Source: Heptranchias perlo
Taxonomy: Eukaryota
Length of the DNA: 64,000 bases
Direction: 5' to 3'
NCBI RefSeq assembly: GCF_035084215.1
Contig: NC_090356.1
Coordinates: forward strand, 26,784,001-26,848,000
Position numbers and translations under genes: made by a program. Of this stretch, positions 1 through 12,414 are shown piece after piece; position 1 is the first letter of the stretch, and every line of letters starts with the position of its first letter. A model generated the notes under the pieces. It worked only from the letters and a program-made list of their open reading frames with translations. It did not search any database and was not told where the DNA came from.

Positions 1-320
1 GATGTTGCTTATATCGCCAGCAGCAGCAGCGTAAAAATTAAGCGCCATGGTTACCTTGACAGCCACAGGCAGTACTGTTCTTGCCCTGCTCTGAGGCTGC
101 AGTTGTGGCTGCAGCAGTTGACAAATCTCAGTCACGACCTCTTTTGTGAACCGCAGCCTTCGGATACACTGGTTGTCACTGAGGTTGAGGTCAGAGAATT
201 AGTCCCTGAAGACCCTCCTTGGATAGGGCTTCCTGTTGAGTGCCCTGTGCCTCCTCCTCCCTCTTCTAGCAGCTTGTCCTGCTCCGCATGGCCACTCTGC
301 ATGCTCCCAGTCATATTCAA
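1..320 (-). pseudogene. HARBI1-like PIF/Harbinger transposase N-terminal fragment (decayed, runs off window start)
   Basis: Manual minus-strand translation gives PRRVFRD*FSDLNLSDNQCIRRLRFTKEVVTEICQLLQPQLQPQSRARTVLPVAVKVTMALNFYA..AGDISNI, typical of the Harbinger nuclease N-terminal region. It carries an in-frame stop and a deletion. Confidence 0.8.
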
Positions 321-840
321 TTCCCAGAGGAAGCCCTAGAAGGTCACCCACGTCTGGCAGTAACCTTGTTCAGCACATTATTTTAAATGCCACTAACAGT
401 ACTGCACCACCACCCAGACTCTCTATAGAATATTGCAACTTTCTCCAAGTATAGGGAACTTCAACAAACACCCACAATTGTACCAGCAGCCAGAATAACT
501 GATCCAGCAACTAACCTCTAACTCCTGCATGCTCCCCATTAAATAGCACTGATGGGAGGGTGGGGGGTGGTGGGTGGTCCTTCATGCCCTTTAACTCCTG
601 TCCAGCTGTGGGAGGTTCGGACAGTGCATTGACTGGAGCGGAGAGTTTGAAAATGGCACCAACTGCTTCTAATCAGCATTGCAAATTGATTAACATCAAA
701 AGCTCCCTGCTTTACATGCTGCCAGCGTTCGTTATGTGCGCCTGAGCAGACACTTTCAAGGTGTGCACATGCATCTCAGACACCATTTTCGGGGCTTAGG
801 AGTCCACGTAGCACATACACGACAGGCACTACAGCCCCCA

Positions 841-1120
841 GAGACTCAGTTTAAACATTTCATCTGAGACAGGACCTCCAACTCCCTCAGAACTACACTG
901 AAGTGTTAGTCTAAATGATGGGAGTAATTTTAACCCAACTCAACCGGTGGGAAGCTGTCTTGATGAGATCGGAGGCCTATTTTACACGCTGCCCGATTTA
1001 ATTTTCTACTGGGTCTTCACTTCACTTCCCCCCTATATATTCAAGGCCTGGTGTGGGGATTGAACACACAACCTCATAGACTCAGAAACAGGAGTGTTAC
1101 CAACTGAGCCAAGTTGACAC
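841..1120 (-). mobile_element. SacSINE1-like Deu-SINE fragment interrupted by a MITE
   Basis: Similar to the other SINE copies in the window; tRNA-like head (GGGATTGAAC...GACTCAGA) at ~1055-1120. Confidence 0.6.
920..1033. mobile_element. Short Harbinger-type MITE
   Basis: Starts GGGAGTAATTTT and ends ...CCCCCC; flanking triplets GAT/TAT; related to the element starting at 48086. Confidence 0.5.
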
Positions 1121-2560
1121 CTCTTGTACAACACAATTTAAGAACCAAAAGATGCAATGTATAAACTAGGTAGACAAGTAAATAGGATAGATTAATGGTT
1201 GATTCATTCTAACTCATTGCATACACAGTGATAATTTATGTGGATTTTTGATCCTTTATCCCATTGGGATTTTTTTTTAAACTGCAAACCTATCTATTTC
1301 TAGTCCACATGCAATAAATTCAGCAATACATCCATTAAAGCTTTTAGAAAAGCTATTTCATGCAAGGCCATCCTCCAGCTACCATAGATAACAGGTTATT
1401 TATTAGTCAGGTGGAATTGCATCAAGATCGCTAACTGCTACAATGACTGCTAGCCTTAATAAAAGCTGAACGTTAACCTTCCCACCTGCCTTGCATGATA
1501 AGTGCAAGACACAGTCTCCTGATACATTTGCCATTGACAACTGAAGCTTGAATTCTGCTTCCTGCATTCAGAATAAAGTTCCCTGGACAGTCTCTAAGCT
1601 AATGGGTCTATTATTGCCCCCATCTCCCTTGGATGAGTGCATCAGTCTTCGTTCGGATGTTCAGTCCAGTTTGAGACCTGTCAGGACCTGCTAAAGGCCT
1701 ACAGGTTGATCCCTCCTGGCAGGAGAACAATCCCTAAAGAGGAGGTGCTGATACTTGCCAAGATGCTTTTTCGTAATCCCCACATGCCCTGTTTTATCAG
1801 TATGTATATGAAAGAGAGGTGAGCCCTTGCTGTGCAGCTTGCCAAAGTCAAGACATACCAGATGCTGGTGGGACCTGCTGGATGTCACTGGAAGCATTAA
1901 CCAACTTTATGTCTTGATTATGCATCCAATGGGATCCAGGAACTCCAGTCCATAGTCGGCCCTCTCGCCCACTGAGAAGGCTGTAAGAAGTAGAGAGGTT
2001 CCACTCGCTCTCTCCCCCATTTGGACATAATTGTTTGTCAGCATGAGGTCCTGAAACCCATTGGGTACCGCGGCCACACAACTTCAGTCACCATTCTGAA
2101 ACTCTCTCCATGCCATTCCACTCTGCTGCTGCAAACTCTCCCCCCTCATCATCAGCAGGACACCCCCGGTGGGAAATTGGCATTGGCAGGATCCTCAGTG
2201 GCAGTCTCTGTATCGGGGGGGAAGGGGGGGTCCTCCCACTGGGGACCTGGGATGGAGTGCTGCACACTGGCATCCAAGAACTACCTGCCCTTCTTTATGA
2301 GTTAATATTGAATGGCCATTCAATGGTCAAGATGAAACAACCTTCCACATACGCCTGCAGTGCTGGAGATTGTAGCCCCTGGGAGATGTTAACTGAGGGA
2401 CCACCCCTCAACTTCTGGCCACATTTTTCACTACTGGCTAATTCAAAGCCATTGTATGTACTGAGAAAAGTTTGATTTATCCAGTAATTCGAATTAAGCA
2501 GTTAGAACAAAACAGTGCTGGAGCCTTTTTTAGTGCAATTCAAATTCTAATTATCCAAAA

Positions 2561-2960
2561 AAGAAAGACTTGCATTTATATAGCACCTTTCCCAAGCTCA
2601 GGGCATTCCAAAGCACTTTGCAGCCAATGAAGTATTTTTGTAGTGTAGTCACTGTTATAATGTAGCAAACACGACAGTCGATCTGGACACAGCAAGATCC
2701 CACTAACAGCAATGTGATAATGACTAGATCATCTGTTTTTTAATGATGTTGGTTGAAGGTTAAATATTGGCCAGGACACCGGGGTGAACTCCCCTGCTCC
2801 AATTTGAAATAGTGCCACGGGATATTTTACGTCCACCTGAGAGGGTAAACAGGGCCTCGGTTTAACATCTCATCCGAAGGACGACACCTCCGACAATGCA
2901 GCACTCCCTCAGTACTGCACTGGAATGTCAGCCGAGATTTTGTGCTCAAGTCTCTGGAGT
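2561..2960 (-). mobile_element. SacSINE1-like Deu-SINE
   Basis: L2-like tail (AAGAAAGACTTGCATTTATATAGC) plus a central domain (GGCCAGGACACC, CCACCTGAGAGG, GCACTCCCTCAGTACTGCAC) shared with the other copies. Confidence 0.8.
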
Positions 2961-4264
2961 ACTTCAAACTAAGCAACAGGAGCCGACTGATACAAATGCC
3001 ATTAACTTCGGATCTGACTTCTAAATTTTGATGCTGAGATCTCAAAATAAAATGTTTGTAGCATGTAATGCTTTACGCCAGCTTGTTTCCCTCCCCTTTA
3101 AGCAGATAATTACGTTGGGTACTTACTTCAAGCGACAGCCTGACAAATATTTCTATGACTGGGTAACACCCAATACATTGAAACCTTTCCCAATGGACAG
3201 CGACTGTGAAAAGATATTGAGTGGTTCCTTCTGAAGCTTCTGCCAGTTTGGCAGGTAGAAGTGAAGTATTTCTGGTCAAACACATCCAGCATCTGCTCTT
3301 CACCCAAGCACATAAATAACATTCCCAACCCATAAATCACCACGCAAAGCTATCACTCTTAAGATGTTCGGCCTCGAGTATTGTTTAGATTAATGAAACA
3401 ACAGATGTTCTGTCAATCTATAACTTGATCTCTTTGGCCAATGTGCTACCATTAAATCCAAGTGCCTTTTGTGGGGCTGTAGCTGGTTGTAGCTCAGTTA
3501 AAACTCTTTGTTTGCCTTCTGTCATGGGACTAAAGTTCACCTTTCTGTTAAAGATTAACATATATTATTTCAGAAGACATGTGAGATTTAATAAGGTGGT
3601 GATAAAGCAGGGGAAATAGAAATCCAAAAAGATGTGAAGAGAATTTAAATAAAACCTGTAAAGATTATCTGAGGGGTGCTGTACCCAAATACTCGCAGTA
3701 AAACCATATAAACGTGCATTTTCTATATAAAAATAGAAATAAGTTATAATGCAGATATTTGGGATTTCAATTAAGTACCAACATTTTTAGTAGGCTTCAA
3801 ATAAACCAACCTTCATTGGGCTGCTCTTGACCTGGTTATGTGGGGGTAAAAATTCCACGGCACACACAGTAGGGATTCTGAACTTCTAATTGTGTCATCA
3901 AATGTAAGCAGATGAATTAGGGGAGGCTACAGTGAGTGGTCGGCTTCATTGTTATACTAACCAGTATCTCACTTTCAGTTTGAGTTGCACTGACAGCCCA
4001 GTCACCCATTTTGAGAGATGTGGCAGCCATTTTATTGAGTTTATTTGTGTTGCCAAGCCTGATGGTGTAGAGTTGACGCCTTAAAAAGTCTGACCTGCAA
4101 TTCGGAACACAACCTGAGCAGTAGCTTTATTTTCTTTGCTTTCCAAATTGATTATAAAGCTTTAGAATTGGCCAGGTTCTACACAGATTCTGGAAAGAGC
4201 CATAAAATTTCTGAGGCCCTGGTGATGGAAAGTCACTATCACCTGGATGGCAGGAGAGGAATTT

Positions 4265-4752
4265 GCCTGGGTGAGTGCACTTGCAACAATACTCAAGAAG
4301 CTCGACACCATCCAGAACATAGCAGTCCAATTGATCAGCAGTCCATCCACCATCTTAAACATCCACTCCCTCCACCACCAGCACACCGTGGCCGCAGTGT
4401 GCACTGTCTGCAGGATACACCGCAGCAACTCGCCAAGGCTTCATCGACAGCACCTACCAAACCCACAACCTAGAAGGACAAGGGCAGCAAGTGCATGGGA
4501 ATACCATCACCTCACAGATCCCCTCCGAGTCACACAACACCCCGACTTGGACATATATCGCTGTTCCTTCACGGCTGTTAGGTCAAAATTCAGGAGCTCC
4601 CTACCTAACAGCACTGTGGGCGTACCTTCACCACATGGACTGCAGTGGTTCAAGAAGAAGGACCACCATCACCTTCTCAAGGGCAACTAGGGAGGGGCAA
4701 TAAATACCGACCTTTTTAGCGATGCCCATATCCCCAGAATAAATTTTTAAAA
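4265..4752 (+). mobile_element. CR1/L2-group LINE 3' fragment (family B)
   Basis: ORF 4247-4690 (LKKLDTIQ...HSLHHQHTVAAVCT...HHHLLKGN) matches the LINE copies at 29757 and 32105; ends in an A-rich tail. Confidence 0.8.
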
Positions 4753-4934
4753 ACCTGTTTATATCAGATCACCTTTCCTTTTTTGTGGTCCATTCAAAAT
4801 TCTGCCAGCAGTTAGGGTGCGGCATTTCTTGTGACCAAGCAGATATCACAGGTAACAGAAGGGACAGGTAGGGTGATGCCATTGGCTTGAAATCCCACCA
4901 GTTCCTCCTTAATTGCCCCCAGTACTATATATGA

Positions 4935-5115
4935 TCCTGGTTCAAAATCCTGATACTCCTTACCCAACAGCATTGCGGGAATACCTTCACCACAAGGACT
5001 TCAGTGGTTCAAGAATAAGGCCCACCACCACCTTCTCAAGGGCAACAAGGGATGGGCAATAAATCCTGGCTTTGCCAATGATGTCCAAATCCCGGGAATG
5101 AAGATATTTTTTTTA
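4935..5115 (+). mobile_element. LINE family B extreme 3' fragment
   Basis: CACCACCTTCTCAAGGGCAAC...GGGCAATAAAT tail, as at 4670-4740. Confidence 0.7.
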
Positions 5116-5497
5116 AATGAAGCATGCGTAACAGCTTATAGAAATGGAGCCCATTTTTCTTGTAAAGCCTGGATTCTCCATGGCAATTGATTGCAGAGTG
5201 ACCAATTGCCATCGATAGAGTAGCAAATGTAAAAGTAAGCACTACTTACACTGCAGCAAGGTGCCACAGCAAAATCCCTCCTCCCCCTCTCCCCACCTCC
5301 CCACCCCTGCCCACTGAAACGGGCACCTGGTGGTGCAAATATGGAACAGGCATCCACCCTAATCCTGGGATTTTGGATGTAGTCTGGGATGCATCCATAG
5401 GACAGCTAGAAGTTCAACTCTACCCATGATCCACACCCAGGAAACTGTCCCAGGAATTTCCAGGCTTCAGTTCCTGCAAAATTCCAAAGAAGGGACA

Positions 5498-5810
5498 AAA
5501 GTTTCCACTTGTGGGGGAGACCAAAACTAGAGGCCATAAATATAAGATAGTCACTCATAAATCCAATAAGGAGAAACTTCCTTACCCAGAGAGTGGTGAG
5601 AATATGGAACTTACTACCACATGGAATAGTTGAGGCGAATAATATAGATGCATTTAAAGGGAAGCTAGAAAAGTACATGGGATAGAAAGGAATGGAAGGT
5701 TTTGCAGATAGGGTTAGAGGAAGAAGGCTGGGAAGAGAATTGTGTGGAGCATAAACACTGGCATAGACCAGTTGGGCCAAATGGCCTGTTTCTGTGCTAT
5801 AAATATAATC
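5498..5810 (+). mobile_element. CR1 LINE 3' fragment
   Basis: Encodes TRGHKYKIVT...RVVRIWNLLP (CR1 ORF2 C-terminus) followed by the CR1 3' UTR. Confidence 0.8.
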
Positions 5811-8039
5811 TAATTTTTCTGTCCTAGTGCTTGGGCGTAAAGGATTACCTGGGCACAGCAGATGGAGGAAACATAGGCAGGAAATCAAGCCAGATCTTTT
5901 ATGCGCGTGCAATCCACCCGGCCCGATTTCCCCCCATACACTCTGCCCTGGCGATGATTAACGTCCAAGTACTGGAAGAGGCAGATCTGCCCTAGTAACT
6001 TTTCCAGATCCTGGAGACAACAAGGCCAATCCCTGACTAAAGGTCCAATATGGAGGAAGGATCCCACCGATGAGAAATGGACAAATGGGGGCTGGGAAGT
6101 TGTGAGTTTATAAATTTCCGTCTTCCTGCTCTTTTAGCATAGCTTGCAATTTTACACATCCGGTCACCCACCAAGATTTTTAAGTGGCTGCTGCAGCCCT
6201 TTAAACAGTTTTGAAAGGCCGAGAAATCCAGCCTCCCTTCCTGCGGGCTCCCAGCCATAGCCCAATGCACGGACAGGAGCTTGCAATGAATAAGTAACAA
6301 GGGCTAAACCAGGAAGTTAAGGCAGGAGCAACCATGCAAAAGTATGGTTCCTCCTCTGAGAATGCTAGCATTCAGAAAATACACCATTACACTTCAATAT
6401 GTCTGTCAATGTCCAATAGTTAATCATTTGAAGAACAAACATCTAATTGTAAAATATGCCCTGCAGGACACACTGGTCTAATCATTGATATTAATTTACA
6501 TTTTACTGGCCTAGAAAAAGGTGGTTTGACAAAAAAAGAGCAGGAGTCCTGGCCTTTATTTTGCTGGAGAGAGCAACAAAATAATTGAAGATATAGTTGT
6601 ATGATCCTAACCTATATGTCCTGGTTTATTACTTTGATTGGAAAAATATCATAGATTAATATTAGACTTGTCTGTAATTAACAATATTGTCTGAGATCTC
6701 TGTCTAAACCAATTGCTGATTTAAGACAAGCCTCACATAAGGAATTGAGGATAAATAACACAAGATGGCCATCCAATATAATCTAATATCGTCTCAATGT
6801 GGAGCATGAGAGATGTATTACATTGGCCATAACCCTTTACAAAACTTGCCATCACAACTAGCATCTTAAGTCCCTCTATTCCAAGATGCAGCAGAAATCA
6901 ATACTCACTAAAAGATGAATGCACCCATTTAAAAAAAAGGGAGAGACTATGTTTTTTGAAAACAGGCAAAACCATTAAGTCTTAAGTGGCAGCTAATTGA
7001 TCAGTTGCTGTAAAAGGCATTTCAATTGCAGCTTTAGGAATTCTAAACCCTTCGCACTCCCATTGTAATCCTGGACCTTCTCTGGCCACAGTATCTTCCA
7101 GTGAATGTGTATTGTATTGGAATATTAACAAAACCCTTTGCAGCTTTAGGGGATTTGTATCATGCCTTTAGTCTTTTCCCAGAGTCTAAACAAAGATTAC
7201 TTCTTGATCAGCTGACATTCTTGGCACCCAATTTCTTTTCTAGTTATACTCTATATCCATCTATGCCATTGCTGTAGAAATTCTCTGTTTGTTACTCGAA
7301 GCTCATCGCATTGATGTAAAAAGCAACGATAAAGAACAAGGAAATCTCTGATTATAACACGAGCTGAATGAGGAAGCTTTCACATTCAGCAAAGTACATT
7401 TTATACCAATGTAACGTGATTGCTAGGGGTCAGGCAGGATATTGAAAACCAAACTCTCACTTCACAGTCTGAAAGAGACAGCCCTTTTGTGTGGCTACAG
7501 AAGCTGTTTCAATGTCTACAGATCATCCTCATCAAAAGCTCCCACCCTCAAACATGTTGCACGGTTCACGGATTAAAGGGATACCATCGCTTTATTGTCT
7601 TATGTGGGCTGTGATAACCTTTCAAGCACTGGGCTGGTCATGTAGAACCAAGACCTTTCCTTTATTTGCCTTTTTCTTAAAATGTGACCCTAATCCAAGA
7701 TATCTCCACTGTTCATTAAAGGTCACGGGATACGTATGATATTTTGTAAAATAGAAAGGTTCTGAAGCCCAATGACTAGAGTAAACCTTACTTCTGTGTA
7801 ACACTGCCTGATATATGGTAGTGTCTAATATTTAGAAAGAAAATTCCTTTTACATCTGGGAGTCGAGCTTGAATCTAGCTTAGATTGATAAAGCACACAT
7901 ATGTCCATTCAGGTGCCCAAATAACTGCCTGACAAAAAAAAGCACTTTAAAAGTAATAGGAACTTTTTTCGATTTACTTTTCTTTCATTTCCAACAATCT
8001 GTAGAATAATCTATTATAAGATTAAACACTTAGATATAA

Positions 8040-8325
8040 GATTTAAATATAAGATAGTCACTAATAAATCCAATGAGGAATTCAGGAGAAACCTCTTTAT
8101 CCAGAAAGTGGTTAGAATGTGGAACTCGCTACCACAAGGAGTAGCTGAGGTGAATAGCATAGATGCATTTAAGGGAAAGCTAGATAAGTACATGAGGAAG
8201 AAAGGAATAGAAGGATACACAGATAAGGTTGGATGAAGTAGAGTGGGGGGAAGCTCATGTGGAGCATAAACACCAGCATAGACCAGTTGGGCTGAATGGC
8301 CTGTGCTGTAATTTCTAATGTAATT
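8040..8325 (+). mobile_element. CR1 LINE 3' fragment
   Basis: Same family as 5498-5810. Confidence 0.8.
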
Positions 8326-8724
8326 CGATGTAGACAAAAAAAAACAACGCTCCACCAAATACAAGGAACATCCAATAGTAAAGGAAGGACTTATCAAGAC
8401 TAATCAGTGTCTTCTGGATGCAGAATTAAAGGATGTTCTGCAATTGAGCCCATTGTGTTTCTGATTGCTCAGTGCTGATTTATAATCAGTGTCTCTGACT
8501 GTTTGTATATCAATATCTGTAATTGCTTAGCGTAAACTATCTTACTATTTCACACACAGGCAAAGGGCTAGATCTACAGAAAGAAAAAGACAAACTCAAA
8601 TTTTTACCAAATCTCACTTCAAAGAACAGCTAGAATCAGATCTGATAGTGGGTTCGCTACATCGGGACTGTTTTTGTGAGTTTGAGTATTTCCCTGCTGT
8701 ATTTGCTATTTATTAGACATATAT

Positions 8725-9500
8725 GGAATGAAGAGAAGCAATATAAATTAAATGGTATAATTTTAAAGGGAGTGCAGGATCAGAGAGGCCTGGAGATGCA
8801 CATACACATATCTTTGAAGGTGGTAGGACAAGTTGAGAAGGCCATTAAAAAGCATACGGGATCCTTGGCTTCATAAATAGAGGCATGGAGTACAAACTCA
8901 AGGAAGTTATGCTAAACCTTTGCAAAACACTGGTTGGGCCCCAGCTGGAGTATTGTGGCCAATTCTGGGCACCACACTTCAGGGAGAATGTCAAGGCCTT
9001 AGAGAGGGTGCCGAGGAGATTTACTAGAATGGTACCAAGGATGAGGGACTTCAGTTATGTGAAGAGACTGGAGAAACTGGGGTTGTTCTCCTTAGAACAG
9101 AGAAAGTTAAGGGAGATTTGGTAGAGTTATTTCAAAATCATGAAGGGTTTTGATAGAGTAAATAACAAGAAATTGCTTCCAATGGCAGAAGGGTCGGTAA
9201 CCAGAGGACACAGATTTAAGGTAATTGGTAAAAGAACCAGAGGCAACATGAGGAAACATTTTTTTACGCAGCGAGTTGTTGTGATCTGGAATGCACTGCC
9301 TGAAAGGGCGGTGGAAGCAGAATCAATAATAAATTTCAAAAGGGAATTGAATAAATACTTGAAGGAGGAAAATTTGCAGGGCTATGGGGAAAGAGCAGGG
9401 AAGTGGGACTAATTGGATAGCTCTTTCAAAGAGCCGGCACAGACACGATGGGCCGAAAGGCCTCCTTCTGTGCCGTATCATTCTATGAGTCTACAATTCT
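8725..9500 (+). mobile_element. CR1 LINE 3' fragment (RT C-terminal region, disrupted)
   Basis: ORFs LVGPQLEYCGQFWAPH...LERVPRRFTRM and TRGHRFKV...FFTQRVVVIWNALP; tail (ATTCTATG)-like. Confidence 0.9.
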
Positions 9501-9870
9501 ATGGGGGTTTAAAAAATACAGTATAGCAGAAGGGAAATGATGGAATTTCCTCCAGCACTAGCAAGGATACTTCGGCTAATGTCTATTGCTATAAATGGGA
9601 CCTCTCTGAAGTCCCTTCATAATACCAGAGTGACAATCTCTTTCTTATATATGAAAAACCGCAACAACACCAATGCAGCCACATTGAACCATGAATTTAG
9701 ATTGTAGTATTTGTGCCCTCACTTGTTATTTATCTGTAGCTAAATTGCTATCGGTCATTTTTTAAAGTTTCATATATAAGACGCACTTCCTGTTGTACAC
9801 TTTACTTCCTCTGTCATGATTTTATGTCACGCCTACTTCTGTCATGCTATCAGTCATACCTCGGTAAACA

Positions 9871-10305
9871 AAAAAGACCTTGCATCTTTACTGTGCCTCT
9901 CAGGACCTTAAGGATTTCCCAAAGTGCCTCACAACCAATTAATTACTTTGAAAATATAGTTGCTGTTGTTTTGTACACAATCGCAGCAGCCCGTTCATGA
10001 ACAAAACTGTCCCACAGACAGCAGTGAGATGAATGACCAATCAAGCTCTTTTTCTGCTGTTGGTTGAGGAAGAACTATTGGCCAGGACACCCGGAGAACA
10101 TCCTGCTCTTCTTCGAGTAGTGCCATGGGATCTTGTAGATCGCTCCGAACAGGCAGATGGGGCGTTGGTTTAACATCCTCTGAAACACAGCACCTCTCAT
10201 TATGCAGCACCCCCAAGTACCAGCCTAGATTATTTGCTCAAGTCTTGGATGGGGCTTGGATCCACAACTTTCAAAGACAAAAGTGCCACAACTGAGTCAA
10301 GCTGT
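9871..10305 (-). mobile_element. SacSINE1-like Deu-SINE
   Basis: Similar to 2561-2960. Confidence 0.75.
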
Positions 10306-10509
10306 TATATAGGCTGTAATTTTCTATCACCCTTTCATTTCTCCCAGTGAAGGAATCAGATGGTGAAGAAGACAGAGAAGGGGAAATGGGGTCATGACGG
10401 ACCAGGAAGAGGAAGATGGGGAGGAGGAAGACTGGGACTGGGAAGGTGGAGGATCAAATTGAAGTGGGGGTACAGCTGATGTAGCCTGTGGCCCTCAGTG
10501 GTTCCCTTC

Positions 10510-10830
10510 CATGTCACGTTATGCCAAGCCATGCCATGCTGCACCACATCATGCCATACCATACCATGCCATGCCATGCCATGCTATACCATGCCACATG
10601 ACATCACACCACACAATGCCACATTACATCACACCACAAAATACCACACCACACCATACTATGCCATAACATACCATGCCAACCACTCCACACCATACCA
10701 TACCATGCCAACCATACCACACATACCAAGCCACACCACACCGCAGCATACCGTGCTATACTATACCATGCCAGACGACATCACACCACACCACATCACA
10801 TCATGCCACACCAGGCCACGCCATCCACCA
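10510..10830. repeat. Degenerate pentamer microsatellite (CCATG/CCATA/CCACA)n
   Basis: Visible 5-bp periodicity. Confidence 0.85.
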
Positions 10831-11493
10831 TTTCCCATCCCCCATCTAAAATTAAAGAAGTAGAGAGAGAGAAAGAAACAACTGGAAGAGGAGAGAGACA
10901 TGTGTAAACGAGGTTTCAACCGAACTTCACCAAAGGTACAGCGGATGAACTGGGAGAAGTTCCCGGTGAGAGGGTTGTCACCGTTGTGTCATTGCTGACT
11001 TGTATCCTTGTGGGTGGTTATTGTTAACTACACTCTGCTGTATGTAGTATGTAGAGTTGAACACCATTATCCAGTACTTATGTCAAGTTTCACAATATGA
11101 AATTACTATGTCTGTTAGCAGAGACGTTAGCCAACAGAAAAGTGATTTCATATGAACACATGAAGCACTCGCATTATATGTGTCATTTCTAGGCTTAGGT
11201 GGTAAATGAAAGAAAGGAATTAATTTTTCATGAGAGAAAGAGATGATGAAAAATTGTGAAATGTGTTTGTGGCAGTTACTTCATAAATGAATATAGATGG
11301 TACCCTTTTACCCAGCGCTGTCTGTCTTAGCAATGATAGGTTATTGCTAGCAGAGGAGCTCAGAGGACAGTAAATTCAATCCCAAATATTAAAAGCTAAA
11401 AGAAGGAGTGTCTTTATGATAAAAGAACGTTATGAATAAGGTTGGATTTTATAATGAATAGTCAATGTGAAGTTGCTCTTATACAAGCACAAT

Positions 11494-12140
11494 GGCCCAG
11501 AAATTCTTTGACCCAATATGGCGGGTGGAACGCGCAGGCACATTCCGTGCCAGAAGTGGGCCGCCCGCCATATTGGTAAAGGCTGAAGTATAGGAGTCCA
11601 GGGCCCACGCCTGAAACAGTGTTAGGCCCTTTACATACGCAAACGGAGGCCTATGCCTGTCTCGGGACGACTTCCTAAAATTGTACTGCTCTGAACACAA
11701 CCAGCACCAGGTCTGCTGCGTTCAGGGTAACCAAATCCACATGCGGCCTGACCAGTGGTCCTTAAAAGGACCACTGCAGGCCGCCACCAAAAAGGGTTTT
11801 TTAAAAAAATACTTGCATGTGGAGCCGGGAAGTGCAGGTGTGCTCCTCCCAGTTTCACAGCAGTCCCGAACACCATTACCAGCCCTCTCTCTCGATCACC
11901 TCCACCCCTCCCGATCGCCCCCACCCCCCTCACAGAAACTACCTGAGGGCCGATGCTGGTGATGCAGCAGCCCAAAATTTAAATCCGCTTCGTCGGCAAC
12001 TTGTCCACAGCTCCTCACTGCTCTAATTTAAATGAGGCCCGAGGCCCAATATCGAGTGAGCCTTAGGCCTACCCATCCTGGTACAGGGATCGTTCCCCAC
12101 ACCCAGTTCTCGCCAGCAGGCGCTCTCCAATTTCACCCCC
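11494..12140. mobile_element. Harbinger-type non-autonomous element (GC-rich)
   Basis: Ends GGCCCAGAAATT ... AATTTCACCCCC are imperfect 12-bp TIRs of the type seen on other elements here; TSD not clean. Confidence 0.55.
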
Positions 12141-12414
12141 ATCAGATTAGATGGTGCTGTTCGGACAGCTCATGCCCTTTATGCCAGGAGGTGCTCTAAA
12201 CAGATTCCCTCTGTCAATCCAAGTCAAGAGTACATAAGACACTGGAAAAGTAGGTTAATATGGGACACTTCACACTAGCCTAGTGCGCATTTCTAGACAT
12301 TTGAATGCTGCAAATCTGAAATAAAGTTGTTTTCTATCTTTACAATTTGATTTCCAATCATTTCTGATTCCATGTTGCCAGCTTTGAAGTTCTGTGTCTC
12401 TCTTTGTTCTCATT

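Noticed and set aside
1637-2440. Possible further Harbinger nuclease relic
   Set aside because: Resemblance is too weak to support by eye; needs an HMM search.
10498-10863. His/Thr/Pro-rich ORF
   Set aside because: Translation of a pentamer microsatellite.
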